DNA of 64,000 nt from a virus. The notes under the pieces were generated by a model. The model ran no database searches. It had not been told where the DNA came from and saw only the letters and a list, made by a program, of their open reading frames with translations. Positions 1 to 9,504 of the stretch are shown piece by piece; position 1 is the first letter of the stretch, and each line of letters opens with the position of its first letter. The stretch spans positions 1 through 64,000 of the IMG/VR virus record IMGVR_UViG_3300021963_000041; one strand, 5' to 3'. The position numbers and the translations under genes are program-made.

Positions 1-133
1 TTGTCAGCACTTCGTCAGTATCTACATTAACCTTCTGCACAACGATCTCACCCTTTGCAGCTATCTCATCAATCTTTGGACCTAACATCTTACAAGGTCC
101 GCACCATGGTGCACTAAAATACAAATATTTCAT
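1..133 (-). CDS. trxA: Thioredoxin (runs off window edge)
   Basis: Manual translation from ATG at 133: [38 protein letters not shown]; WCGPC active site. Confidence 0.92.
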   Translation of the reverse strand, partial: MKYLYFSAPWCGPCKMLGPKIDEIAAKGEIVVQKVNVDTDEVLT

Positions 134-134
134 A

Positions 135-794
135 TTACTCTAATCTTAATTCGTGATGATCATGTGGCAATGCTAGCTTAGCTATTGGCTGCTTCTCCAT
201 GATGTTTATTACTTCTTGTAATGAGATAGGTTCTAAACCATTCCCCTCACAACCAACATCCATTGCCTTACCTTTATGTAATCGTACATCAGGCATTAGG
301 TGAACGTGACCGTGTAAGTGGATCACTCCATTGTTCATGTTATTCCAGCTTGCAATCGGATAGTGCATACAAACAAAATCGTATCGCTCCATAGCAGACT
401 TTGTAGTGACACCAGGACGTACAACATTGAGATACAAGTACTCATGTACTGAGCTGAATAGACTTTGTATACCCTCTTTGTTTCGTTGAATGTGATGATC
501 GTGGTTTCCAAGTACCAAGTGAATATTCTTACACACTAGTCTGTTACGAAACTCAGCAATACTCTCAAATCCACCAAACGACCAATCACCTAAGTGAATC
601 AGTATGTCGTTCTCCCCAACCAATGCATTGATGTTATTCACCAATGCATCGTTCATATGACTAAGGGATTTGAACTCTCTGGTCAATCGTTGAGCATTAG
701 TCCACTTAGTAGTGGCTGAGCAGATGTTTGCGTGGTTGTAGTGAGTATCACTCGTAAACCATAACCTTTGTCCTTTTTCTAATACTAATTTCAT
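135..794 (-). CDS. Calcineurin-like metallophosphoesterase
   Basis: DTH, HLGD, GNHD and HGHVH motifs. Confidence 0.9.
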   Translation of the reverse strand: MKLVLEKGQRLWFTSDTHYNHANICSATTKWTNAQRLTREFKSLSHMNDALVNNINALVGENDILIHLGDWSFGGFESIAEFRNRLVCKNIHLVLGNHDHHIQRNKEGIQSLFSSVHEYLYLNVVRPGVTTKSAMERYDFVCMHYPIASWNNMNNGVIHLHGHVHLMPDVRLHKGKAMDVGCEGNGLEPISLQEVINIMEKQPIAKLALPHDHHELRLE

Positions 795-798
795 AACC

Positions 799-829
799 TA
801 AAGATAACAACTTTATTTCGATTTTGCAA
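799..829 (-). promoter_or_regulatory. Bacteroidota-type promoter TTG-N20-TATCTTTA, ATG 4 nt downstream (leaderless)
   Basis: Minus strand GTTGCAAAATCGAAATAAAGTTGT-TATCTTTA-GGTT-ATG. Confidence 0.75.
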
Positions 830-837
830 CAGCTTTG

Positions 838-1968
838 TTAAAAAACTAACGAAGCTCTTGTGCCTTGTTCCTTCAAGCGATACTGAACTCTAGGAAACCC
901 AGTAGGCTGAATCATGATGGTTTTGCCTTTGCGATCCACGATATCGTACTCGTGTGGGTCAAGTGATAACTCCCAGTAACCTGGTAAAACTAATTCTGGA
1001 TCCTCTGCGCTAGGCTGCTCTGGGGACTCGCTGTTCAATAGTCTCTCTACCACCGACTGCTTCTCGTTAAGTTTCTTAGACTTCTTCTCTGGTCTAGTAG
1101 CCTCAACGTGATCCACAGCCTTACGAGAAATCTCTATGTCATTCCCAGGTACCCAGCTTGTTGGATAACACTCAAACTCATGTCCGTCAAGGACTTCAAC
1201 TACATTGTAGTACTTAGACTCCGCTTTAAGATTCAGGTGTCGTCCACATGCAATCGCATCCTCATTGAACAAATTCATCTCCTTGATGAGATTTGTCAAC
1301 AAGTCGAATGTACGCATGTTCACTTTCTCAAAGAATTGATGAATAGACTCTCGGTGGTCTTTGTTGATCAACATATCGTCAATCACCTCATCGACTAGTT
1401 CGAACTCTAAGTCGCCATACGCTTTGCGGTACTTGATTCGATTAAGTCGGTTGATCAAGTACTCGTTGATACGCTCCTCGTTCACCGTCAGTAAGAAGAT
1501 CAATCGAGTGCTATAGTTACCATCCATCAACGATAACATATCGTACTGGTTGTCTCTATTGTACACCTTCTCGAACTCATCGATAAAGATGATGCACTGT
1601 CCCAACTTAGGATTCGTAAGGAAGTCCACAAACTCAGAACCTTCATAAGGCTCACCAACAATGATCACCGGCAGCTGAGAGTCCATACAGAACTTCTGTG
1701 CTGTAATTGTCTTACCGGTACCTTTCAGTCCCGTTAGTAAGATACCTAGGTTCTTGTTGCTGTTGTGCTTCCAAGACTCTAACCATCGATCTACAATCGA
1801 ATGATCTCCATACACCTTCTTAGGCATTACGAAGTCTTCCTTCTGTACTAGATAGAACTCTCCACTGCGTGGGTCTCTCTTTAGCATGTAGTTACCTGCT
1901 GGCAACTTGTCATACGTTGCATCTACATCCGTGAATGTTAAGCGATGCCCTGATTGAATTATACTCAT
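838..1968 (-). CDS. AAA+ ATPase
   Basis: Walker A GLKGTGKT, Walker B IIFIDEFEK, sensor LTVN, RLNR arginine finger. Confidence 0.85.
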   Translation of the reverse strand: MSIIQSGHRLTFTDVDATYDKLPAGNYMLKRDPRSGEFYLVQKEDFVMPKKVYGDHSIVDRWLESWKHNSNKNLGILLTGLKGTGKTITAQKFCMDSQLPVIIVGEPYEGSEFVDFLTNPKLGQCIIFIDEFEKVYNRDNQYDMLSLMDGNYSTRLIFLLTVNEERINEYLINRLNRIKYRKAYGDLEFELVDEVIDDMLINKDHRESIHQFFEKVNMRTFDLLTNLIKEMNLFNEDAIACGRHLNLKAESKYYNVVEVLDGHEFECYPTSWVPGNDIEISRKAVDHVEATRPEKKSKKLNEKQSVVERLLNSESPEQPSAEDPELVLPGYWELSLDPHEYDIVDRKGKTIMIQPTGFPRVQYRLKEQGTRASLVF

Positions 1969-1984
1969 GTAACTTATTTACTTA

Positions 1985-3106
1985 TTAGTGTGAATCTCCT
2001 ATATCATGTTTCTCTCCGTAGATTAGGTAATCTGGATTGATCACCTTCGCTACCTTATTACGCTCTCCAGTAAAGTACTTGATCACAATACCTTCGTGTG
2101 GTACTTTTGAATCCTCAATGTAGTTGTTGAATGTGTACTGATCTTGAACCTCTTGTGACCAATCTCCATAGTGAAGGATTGGAACATAAGGTAATGTTAA
2201 TTCGCGAGTAATGATTATCCAAGCATCGTAGGTTGACATATACTCTCCATTCCACTTAACATCAAAACCATTAAACTCTATGTCAGTCAAACCATAATCA
2301 TAGTTCTTCTGAATACCAGCTCCAAAGATTTCTCCATAAAGGATGATACCTTCACCAATCTCTTTAGTACCATACCCCTTTGCTAATGCCCAAAGCTTGG
2401 CTTTGATATCTAGTTTCTCAGCAATAGTAGCCCATACATCTGTATCATAGAATCCTTGTGAGTCAGAACCTTTCTCTACGTTATGAGATCCATATACATA
2501 CTCATACTCAACCCACTCATTACCAAAGAACTTTTTCACCTTATCCCAGATCGACAACTTAGACTTCTTAACAATACCATAGCGAGCATTTGTACCATGA
2601 ATCTTTCTAGTAATCTCAACTAGATCATTCTCAGTAAACATTCCAGCTACGTTCTTCAAGTTAGGGAACTTGTAGTAGATATGGAAGTTAGGATTATCTT
2701 GGTATCGGATCTTACGACCTGATGATAATTGTACCTGACGTACTGGTGGTTCATACTTGTAGATGTTCATTGCGTACATCATGTCCTTACCATCATAGTA
2801 GTTTTCCATGAATGGAATGTATTGTACTGGAATGATCAAGCACTCAGAGTATACACCTCTCAGCTTAACAGTACGCACACGTCCACCTTTACGCAGGTAG
2901 CTAGTCACGTTCATATCGTCTGAAAGCTCTTGAGGAATGACAGCATCTGTAGTAGCTATCACAACCAAGTCATTCACCTCGTATGCATCCTTCTTGATGA
3001 TAGCTTGCCAGCCACCCACCAATGCAAGCTCGATATTGTCTGCTCCTGCTATTGGTAAAATCTCTCCGATTGTACCAACATAACATACACTGTTATTATT
3101 TTCCAT
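1985..3106 (-). CDS. RNA ligase (Rnl2/DRB0094-like, N-terminal OB domain)
   Basis: Motif I KIHGTN, GEIFG, FDV, EGIVIK, K..N..YL; N-terminal PIAGADNIE OB fold. Confidence 0.88.
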   Translation of the reverse strand: MENNNSVCYVGTIGEILPIAGADNIELALVGGWQAIIKKDAYEVNDLVVIATTDAVIPQELSDDMNVTSYLRKGGRVRTVKLRGVYSECLIIPVQYIPFMENYYDGKDMMYAMNIYKYEPPVRQVQLSSGRKIRYQDNPNFHIYYKFPNLKNVAGMFTENDLVEITRKIHGTNARYGIVKKSKLSIWDKVKKFFGNEWVEYEYVYGSHNVEKGSDSQGFYDTDVWATIAEKLDIKAKLWALAKGYGTKEIGEGIILYGEIFGAGIQKNYDYGLTDIEFNGFDVKWNGEYMSTYDAWIIITRELTLPYVPILHYGDWSQEVQDQYTFNNYIEDSKVPHEGIVIKYFTGERNKVAKVINPDYLIYGEKHDIGDSH

Positions 3107-3380
3107 AGTCTGAATATTTTAAACCCCATTGTAAATTAAACCACATCATTTCGTTCTCTGCTCTCTTAGCTGACATTCGAAATGTATTGATAAGATACTT
3201 CTTACCCCAATCTCTAAACTCCTCCGACTGCTTCATAGTCATTGTGTACTGTTGGAACCAGTTGTCCACCCCTAAGATATCATTGTAGGTAACCTCATGT
3301 CCAGCAATCTCAAACATCTTGTTGATAAGATCGACAACTGCTTGCTCTTGCTTTTGTTCTCTAGTCAATCTCTTCGCCAT
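3096..3380 (-). CDS. Hypothetical protein
   Basis: 94-aa ORF overlapping its neighbours in operon fashion. Confidence 0.7.
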   Translation of the reverse strand: MAKRLTREQKQEQAVVDLINKMFEIAGHEVTYNDILGVDNWFQQYTMTMKQSEEFRDWGKKYLINTFRMSAKRAENEMMWFNLQWGLKYSDYGK

Positions 3381-3729
3381 CGGTTTCTAGTGTTAATGAA
3401 TACTTCTCCTGCACTCCTGGAATTGCTGTGAAGATTGGTGTTACTTTGTAGACTGAGTTGAGTGTGTGTAATAAATCATAACCCTCAAACTCCTCTTGCT
3501 TCTGTACTTGCGAAGTAGCAAACCAGCGATCTCCATAAGTCACAAACAAAGAGCAATACTGGTTGCTAGTCAATAAGCTGACCATGCATGCATCAATCAC
3601 AAATCCTGGATTATATCCATTCGGATGATTGTTATCAAACTTCGTATCTTCGATCTTCTCAACCTTAACGGGAATGTTTGTATACTTTCCAAAGTTGATA
3701 TTGTTTATATTATCTCTAGGTCCGTTCAT
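3361..3729 (-). CDS. Hypothetical protein
   Basis: 122-aa ORF in a packed operon. Confidence 0.7.
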   Translation of the reverse strand: MNGPRDNINNINFGKYTNIPVKVEKIEDTKFDNNHPNGYNPGFVIDACMVSLLTSNQYCSLFVTYGDRWFATSQVQKQEEFEGYDLLHTLNSVYKVTPIFTAIPGVQEKYSLTLETDGEEID

Positions 3730-3732
3730 ATC

Positions 3733-4131
3733 TTATAGTTTTACTTCAAAACGATCTTTCATTTGTTGTAGCTTCTCTTCTGGAACACCATGCTGATTAA
3801 CTCCCTCATGACGATTCTCAACAATCACAGAGTACACTCTATAACCCCAAGCCTTTGCCATATCATAGTAAGGCTGCATCTCCCACTCCTGAGTGAATGT
3901 ATTAGACACTACAATAGTCTCATGCATTCCAGTTGTATGATTAACAATCATAGCTGTGTTGACCCAATTCTGACACGACTGGTGTGCTTCTTTGATCTTG
4001 GTTGGATCAAACTTATACTCACCTTTGTCCATAAAGAACTCGTCAGTCTCAAAGTGTGTACCACCTAATGACTTAGCGAATGTTGACTTGCCTGCTCCAG
4101 GCACTCCTCTGACTAGATATAAAGCTTTCAT
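3733..4131 (-). CDS. P-loop polynucleotide kinase-like protein (AAA_33)
   Basis: RGVPGAGKST, VSNTF and HGVP motifs typical of Pnk/N4BP2-like kinases. Confidence 0.8.
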   Translation of the reverse strand: MKALYLVRGVPGAGKSTFAKSLGGTHFETDEFFMDKGEYKFDPTKIKEAHQSCQNWVNTAMIVNHTTGMHETIVVSNTFTQEWEMQPYYDMAKAWGYRVYSVIVENRHEGVNQHGVPEEKLQQMKDRFEVKL

Positions 4132-4135
4132 ATTG

Positions 4136-4166
4136 TAAAGATACTATATTTGTTTTGATTAGACAA
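4136..4166 (-). promoter_or_regulatory. Promoter TTG-N20-TATCTTTA-N4-ATG (leaderless)
   Basis: Minus strand GTTGTCTAATCAAAACAAATATAG-TATCTTTA-CAAT-ATG. Confidence 0.75.
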
Positions 4167-4767
4167 CATCTGGGACAAATAAAATTGTTGGATTGTCCTT
4201 ATGGATTTCTGGAACGTCTCCTTGTAACGATAAGTACTTGTTGAACGACATAACATCAAACTTCTTAGTGATTAAGTGATAGCCATTCTTAGTTGGAATG
4301 CAAGATATTATCTTCGGTCCATCTGGCTTCATAATCGAGTCAATAATGTGAACAATCCTATGAACAACAATCTCATCCTTAGTATCAATATCGACAATCC
4401 AAGTCTTTGTATCATTTGGCTCATGATTGTTTCGACCAATAACTGTCTCCAAGCTAGACTTGATTGCCTCAGGTTGACCACTAGCAATTAACTCAGCATT
4501 GTGTCGTAAGCACTCTAGAGCAATTTTACTCCAGCTACGTCTGTTTAGATGGATGTACGCTCGAGCGTTAAACGTCTTACACAATAGCTTTATCTCCTCT
4601 ATGTTCTTGTCGAACTTCTCAAGACTGCTAATGTTATACGAGCGTATGATTCGGTTATTGGATCCTAGATTAGGAACCTCCTTCTTACGCTGAATGATCT
4701 GGACGAAGTAGAAGTAATCTCCCTTGAAGTTCAGCAGCGATCTTATTTGTTCAGTGTTATCTGTCAT
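4159..4767 (-). CDS. Putative AEP (primase-polymerase) superfamily protein
   Basis: WIVDID (DxD) and TKNGYHLI (sxxGxH) motifs. Confidence 0.5.
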   Translation of the reverse strand: MTDNTEQIRSLLNFKGDYFYFVQIIQRKKEVPNLGSNNRIIRSYNISSLEKFDKNIEEIKLLCKTFNARAYIHLNRRSWSKIALECLRHNAELIASGQPEAIKSSLETVIGRNNHEPNDTKTWIVDIDTKDEIVVHRIVHIIDSIMKPDGPKIISCIPTKNGYHLITKKFDVMSFNKYLSLQGDVPEIHKDNPTILFVPDVV

Positions 4768-5030
4768 AACCTATTTGCAATTTTTCTGATTAAATCCTCT
4801 TCCTCAGTAGTCAACGACAAGCGAGCATTACCACTCAACTTATTGATTACCTCAGCCCACTCAAAATCCAAGACATTCATCTCCTGAGTTGGAATTAGGT
4901 TCTCACCGCTTCCGTTGTTAAGGTGACCCTCCTCTCGAAGGTATTCAATTATATCATGGATCTCACCTGGAGTACACTCACTTAGGAAATCCTCAACTTC
5001 AATATCTACTTCTGTGTTAAAATATGGCAT
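4764..5030 (-). CDS. Hypothetical acidic protein
   Basis: 88-aa ORF, ATGA overlap with the next gene. Confidence 0.65.
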   Translation of the reverse strand: MPYFNTEVDIEVEDFLSECTPGEIHDIIEYLREEGHLNNGSGENLIPTQEMNVLDFEWAEVINKLSGNARLSLTTEEEDLIRKIANRL

Positions 5031-5044
5031 ATTGTATTAATTTA

Positions 5045-5128
5045 CTAAGCGAATAATGAGGCAATGATTCCAATGACAATGAACCAACCAATGACTAGCA
5101 AAGCTATTTTTAAATCGTCTTTTTTCAT
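5045..5128 (-). CDS. Small membrane peptide (27 aa)
   Basis: Manual translation MKKDDLKIALLVIGWFIVIGIIASLFA; fills the gap right after the upstream stop. Confidence 0.5.
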   Translation of the reverse strand: MKKDDLKIALLVIGWFIVIGIIASLFA

Positions 5129-5129
5129 A

Positions 5130-5942
5130 TTAAAATTTTAAATTGTTTAACTCGTTTATTAACTCGACAGCGCTTACTTTAGGATACTCAATCTTCATTC
5201 GCTCTAAACTCTTATCAGCGTACACTCGGTACTCCATACTGATACCATTCTCCAACTTAACAACAACTGCATCATACTCAGTGTATTGATGGTTGCGACT
5301 AGCATATTGATTGTAGCGATAGTTTCTACCTGAAGTAACTTCAGCTGTTGGGAATTGTGCAGACAACTCAGCAACAACCTGCTCCACCGCGCTCTTTTGT
5401 TTATTCTCGTGAGCTTTCTTAGCTTCGATAGATTCGATAGTTTCAGTGATTAACTCATCAACCTTCTTGGTATTCTTGTAACCACGATTCGAAGTCTTGT
5501 AATCAATACCAGCACCACTCACATACATCTTGTATCCGTGGCTCTTACCAAAACGTGACCAGCCAGCATAAGATACGTGTTCTTGAACTCTGATGGTATA
5601 ACCTGCACGAACAATCTGAGCGAAAGGATACTCACAAGTAGCTTCATACTGCTCTAAAATCTCACGTGAGTTGTAGTCACGTTTGTAAGCTTTTTCACTA
5701 GCAGTTCTGATCTCAGTTTTGAGAGTGTAACCAGAACCTAGCGCAGCAGCAAATTCCTTAGCAGCTTCTACCTGAGCGTTACCTTCACCGGCGATCTTAG
5801 CAACACGATTATCAGCAGCAAGTTTATCCTTACTAAACTGAACCTCAACAGCTTCTTGCTTCTTAGCTTCAAGCTCAGCTTCTGCCTGACGTTGTTTAGC
5901 AATCATCTCTAATTCTGCGTTTGTTAATTCCATAGTTTTCAT
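5130..5942 (-). CDS. Hypothetical early protein (coiled-coil N-terminus)
   Basis: 270-aa ORF downstream of a promoter module. Confidence 0.75.
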   Translation of the reverse strand: MKTMELTNAELEMIAKQRQAEAELEAKKQEAVEVQFSKDKLAADNRVAKIAGEGNAQVEAAKEFAAALGSGYTLKTEIRTASEKAYKRDYNSREILEQYEATCEYPFAQIVRAGYTIRVQEHVSYAGWSRFGKSHGYKMYVSGAGIDYKTSNRGYKNTKKVDELITETIESIEAKKAHENKQKSAVEQVVAELSAQFPTAEVTSGRNYRYNQYASRNHQYTEYDAVVVKLENGISMEYRVYADKSLERMKIEYPKVSAVELINELNNLKF

Positions 5943-6009
5943 ATTGTGTGTGTTTTAATTGTTTCCCTTTTACTTTGTAAAGGTCCTACCAATTTCTCGA
6001 GTTTGCAAC
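5943..6009 (-). repeat. Promoter-leader module copy 1 (TTG-N20-GACCTTTA plus CA-rich leader)
   Basis: GTTGCAAAC..GACCTTTACAAAGTAAAAGGGAAACAATTAAAACACACACAAT-ATG; closely similar to 7037-7101. Confidence 0.8.
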
Positions 6010-6044
6010 TATTCCTTTAATTTTTTTTCAAAGTTATGAACAAG

Positions 6045-6281
6045 TTATGAACCGATGTTTAACTCATATGAGTATCGTGGTTTGCAGTCGTCCTCTTCAT
6101 AACGATCTTCGTAGAAGACAATACCAGCATTGGCTAGTTTGAAATGCGCATCAGGATCGATCTCATTCCAGAAGCCTATTCTCATGTAGAGTATATCACC
6201 CTTCATCCAAAACTGGAGTTGGCTCTCTTCGTAGCCACACTCCAACATCTTGTTCTTTATGTCTAAAATGATATCGCTCAT
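6045..6281 (-). CDS. Hypothetical protein (start revised to MSDII)
   Basis: The longer track ORF overlaps 6284..6475; ATG at 6281 follows that gene's stop. Confidence 0.6.
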   Translation of the reverse strand: MSDIILDIKNKMLECGYEESQLQFWMKGDILYMRIGFWNEIDPDAHFKLANAGIVFYEDRYEEDDCKPRYSYELNIGS

Positions 6282-6283
6282 AA

Positions 6284-6475
6284 CTAATTCTTTAAGATGG
6301 CAATAATTCCAACTATGATTAAAACCATAGCTAACGGGATCCAAAGTGGAGCAGTCACCCACCACCATGACCAGTATTGTACTGGGCCAATCTCAGCTAG
6401 CTTTAAGGTTAAGAAGATTAAAAATAATACAGTCCCTAGACCTATTCCGTTACTTGATGATTTATTTTCTGACAT
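6284..6475 (-). CDS. Small two-TM membrane protein
   Basis: LFLIFLTLKL and WSWWWVTAPLW motif seen in phage membrane proteins. Confidence 0.7.
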   Translation of the reverse strand: MSENKSSSNGIGLGTVLFLIFLTLKLAEIGPVQYWSWWWVTAPLWIPLAMVLIIVGIIAILKN

Positions 6476-6476
6476 A

Positions 6477-6854
6477 TTATATAGCTTGAGTTAACATGAT
6501 ACGATTATTTTCTTTGCTCATTGTTAGAGTAGGCACGTTAGCCAACCAACGATTGAGACGATCAAACTCCCAAAAGAAGTAAGGAGCATTGCACCAAGGA
6601 CCTGAGTTCCAACCACTACCAGTGAACCCTGAATCCACATAGTAACTTTGTGCTTCTAGTACACGAGGATTTCCAGACTTACGCTCCTCGTTAAGCCACT
6701 TCTTAAACTCATGGAGCTTGACTTTGTTGTTAGACTTTTCTTTCATGAAACGCAACAATAAGTTGTGAATGTACTGTCTCATGTTTTCGCGTTTGAGTTT
6801 CCAAACTAAACTCTTCAATTCTGATACTGAATTTGATTCTAATGTGTGTGACAT
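6477..6854 (-). CDS. Hypothetical protein
   Basis: 125-aa ORF. Confidence 0.65.
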   Translation of the reverse strand: MSHTLESNSVSELKSLVWKLKRENMRQYIHNLLLRFMKEKSNNKVKLHEFKKWLNEERKSGNPRVLEAQSYYVDSGFTGSGWNSGPWCNAPYFFWEFDRLNRWLANVPTLTMSKENNRIMLTQAI

Positions 6855-6880
6855 ATATCTATTATTTATTGATTACAAAA

Positions 6881-7036
6881 TTAAGCTCTACCACTGATGA
6901 TTGCATCTAACAATGCAGCAGCATAGAAACTACCAAACATTAATACTACGAAAGCGATACCACCGTAAAACTCTTTCGGATCTTCTTTGCGAGCCTGGTT
7001 AAGAACTCTGAACATTTCTAAAACTTCGTTTTTCAT
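6881..7036 (-). CDS. Small membrane protein (51 aa)
   Basis: Manual translation MKNEVLEMFRVLNQARKEDPKEFYGGIAFVVLMFGSFYAAALLDAIISGRA, directly after a promoter module. Confidence 0.7.
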   Translation of the reverse strand: MKNEVLEMFRVLNQARKEDPKEFYGGIAFVVLMFGSFYAAALLDAIISGRA

Positions 7037-7101
7037 ATTGTGTGTGTTAATTGTCTCTCTTTTACTTTGTAAAGGTCATACCTTATTTTCGTGTTTGCAA
7101 C
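7037..7101 (-). repeat. Promoter-leader module copy 2
   Basis: GTTGCAAAC..GACCTTTACAAAGTAAAAGAGAGACAATTAACACACACAAT-ATG. Confidence 0.8.
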
Positions 7102-7124
7102 AGTTAGGCAAACTTTTTTTTAAA

Positions 7125-8093
7125 TTATTTTACCTTGATCTCAACTTTGATCGGATCTTCTAGACCAGTAGAGGTGTAGAGCATGATACCATCAGTTCTA
7201 ACTGCAGTGTGTAGAAAGAATGTAGCCACAGTTCCAGTACGTGAACTACGCACTCCAATGATAAGCGGCATCTCATTCATTATTGGTGTAAAGAATGGAA
7301 TCTTGAATGATGGAATACTAAGTACTCTGAGGGTTGGATTCCAATCGAAGTGTTGGAAAGGAATGATGTGATCTTCTGATACAGCTGGAAGCTCGATCTT
7401 AGAAGGTGTAGCATTCTGAACGAGGTGGTTAAGACCATTCATACCCTCCTTCAAGTGCCACTTCTTAATATAAACCTCAACCTCACCCATGCTAGTAGCA
7501 AGCTGTTTAATCTCCTGCTGGAAACGAGCTACATCGGCTTGGTTACGCACATAGCTGATACCAGTACCTCTCACACAGATTGGACCTACACCAGTAGCTT
7601 GAGACCTCCAGTCAGTTAATGACTTTGCACAACAACGGCATACCGATACGTTACTATCCCAGTCAGGTTTTACTCGTAGAGTCATTCCACGATGATCAAC
7701 AGACTTGATCTGAGTAACAGTTAATGTACATGGATTCATTGGCCACTTGTGCACCTTAGCAATATAACGAGCTGAGGTAGGACTAACCACAATAGGAACA
7801 TGACATGAGTCAACCAATATAGTAGTTGGATCTGCAGCCTTCTTAGTCAGCTCCTCACGTCTCTTACATCTATCGATTGCACCCCACTGCTTATCTGACA
7901 GCTGGCCGTACTTCAACAACTTACTGCGTAAGTCTAGTAATAAGTTAAACATCCCATTATACTTCATCAACCAGGCATGAGCCTCGTTCATGTGAGATGG
8001 GACCTGAATCTGTACAGGTACTGTAGGTTTCTGAGTTTGTGGTCTATTGTAGCTTTTTGTGCGGTAAGCTGAACCGGCCATTTGATATGCCAT
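7125..8093 (-). CDS. Zinc-finger (DUF6011-like) domain protein
   Basis: CRCCAKSLTDWRSQATGVGPIC motif. Confidence 0.6.
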   Translation of the reverse strand: MAYQMAGSAYRTKSYNRPQTQKPTVPVQIQVPSHMNEAHAWLMKYNGMFNLLLDLRSKLLKYGQLSDKQWGAIDRCKRREELTKKAADPTTILVDSCHVPIVVSPTSARYIAKVHKWPMNPCTLTVTQIKSVDHRGMTLRVKPDWDSNVSVCRCCAKSLTDWRSQATGVGPICVRGTGISYVRNQADVARFQQEIKQLATSMGEVEVYIKKWHLKEGMNGLNHLVQNATPSKIELPAVSEDHIIPFQHFDWNPTLRVLSIPSFKIPFFTPIMNEMPLIIGVRSSRTGTVATFFLHTAVRTDGIMLYTSTGLEDPIKVEIKVK

Positions 8094-8123
8094 AGTGTGT
8101 GTGATTGTGTTTCTTTAACAGTG

Positions 8124-8154
8124 TAAAGATACAACCATAAAACCGTTTTGGCAA
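8124..8154 (-). promoter_or_regulatory. Promoter TTG-N20-TATCTTTA with CA-rich leader
   Basis: Same spacing as the other promoters; upstream A/T tract. Confidence 0.75.
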
Positions 8155-8199
8155 CAGTTTAGGCAAATATTTTTTAAAAAAAATGTAACTGACTGATTA

Positions 8200-8685
8200 T
8201 CAGTTAGTTAGAGTTCCACTAATAATGAGGGAATCGCTTATCAATCCTAGTTTTTTCAGCTGTTTCTCCGAAAAACTCTTATGACCACTGATGCTTGCTG
8301 TACCAGTCGCCTTTGATTCAATTAAGTGCTTCAACTTACTACACTCAGATGGCATTAGCTGATAACTTCGTACGATACGATAACCATCATGTACAGCCAA
8401 GATCATTTGCTCAGTATCTCTAAGCTTCTGCATCTTGTTGTTTGACAACCAATGAAACTGCCAACTACCTCCTTCACGACAACATTTAATCTCAATGTGA
8501 CCCTTCGTGATTGGATTGTAAGCATCTGGACCTTGAGGTTCTGGATTATAGGATACACCATGTTTCTCAGCTGCTAGTAGTTCTAAGTACTTCTGATTGT
8601 ACAACACATCACCTATTCCATTCTCGTCACAGAATTGCTTTATCAATTCCAAACCTTCTAACAACTTTACTGTATCCATTAACAT
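8200..8685 (-). CDS. PD-(D/E)xK endonuclease, PvuII-like restriction enzyme
   Basis: GPDA..IEIK catalytic motif; length and motif order (KLLE..GIGDV..GxDA..ExK..ILAVHDG..SYQL) resemble R.PvuII as recalled. Confidence 0.55.
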   Translation of the reverse strand: MLMDTVKLLEGLELIKQFCDENGIGDVLYNQKYLELLAAEKHGVSYNPEPQGPDAYNPITKGHIEIKCCREGGSWQFHWLSNNKMQKLRDTEQMILAVHDGYRIVRSYQLMPSECSKLKHLIESKATGTASISGHKSFSEKQLKKLGLISDSLIISGTLTN

Positions 8686-8999
8686 CCAAAATCAAAATAA
8701 TCTTCCCAAACCTCCTTTAGCTTCTGACGAGCTTGAGCAGGAGTTAGCTCTTCTAGTAACCAACTATCTAAGATAGCTTGCACATCATTGTACGCCCACT
8801 CGTTATCTAATGAAATGGGATCGAGTGTATCGAATACCCATTGGAGTACTGAGTTATCTGAGTGGTCAGGATAACCTTGCATTCGTTCTTTTATTGTCGC
8901 AGTGTCTTCTCCGTAGATCACTGGACTGAGAGATTTACCATACTCGATGGATCTCATTAGTTGATCATAATCTGTTGACATATTACCAGGTTGGTTCAA
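8679..8999 (-). CDS. Hypothetical protein
   Basis: 106-aa ORF overlapping neighbours. Confidence 0.6.
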   Translation of the reverse strand: MNQPGNMSTDYDQLMRSIEYGKSLSPVIYGEDTATIKERMQGYPDHSDNSVLQWVFDTLDPISLDNEWAYNDVQAILDSWLLEELTPAQARQKLKEVWEDYFDFGC

Positions 9000-9504
9000 A
9001 GTTATATACAGCTAGAGCATAACCATTAACACAAGGTCGACCTGTGTTGTAGCATCCGAAGACAGTCTTCCAGTCACCATACTTGTTATACAAGTTACGC
9101 AATAACTTCATACTAGTTCTAACATTATATTCTATATCGCTACGCAACGTTGCCACTGGAACACTCTCTCTATTGATATAGCTAGCTGTTGATGGCATGA
9201 TCTGCATAGGACCTACTGCACCTGCACTTGAGGTTTGTTTGTGATTATACCTCCAGTCAAATGGACCTCGATATCTTGTCTCAGCATACGCTATGCCATA
9301 AGCATACTTTTTTGGTATGTTAAAGCTGTCAGCATATTGCTCGATGTTGTGATACATCTGCAAGCAGGGTGGGTCGTTTGGTTGTACGCTTTTGTGAGCA
9401 TCTACTAATGATAGCTCGGTAGTAGCGTTTTCGTTGATTGTCTGAGAGAAAGCTAGCGCAGCCAAAGCTGCAGCTAGCAATCCTAATAGTTTTACTTTAC
9501 TCAT
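8983..9504 (-). CDS. SLT-domain lytic transglycosylase with N-terminal signal peptide
   Basis: Catalytic AET, GAVGPMQIMP and YNTG motifs; hydrophobic N-terminus ending AFS-Q. Confidence 0.88.
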   Translation of the reverse strand: MSKVKLLGLLAAALAALAFSQTINENATTELSLVDAHKSVQPNDPPCLQMYHNIEQYADSFNIPKKYAYGIAYAETRYRGPFDWRYNHKQTSSAGAVGPMQIMPSTASYINRESVPVATLRSDIEYNVRTSMKLLRNLYNKYGDWKTVFGCYNTGRPCVNGYALAVYNFEPTW

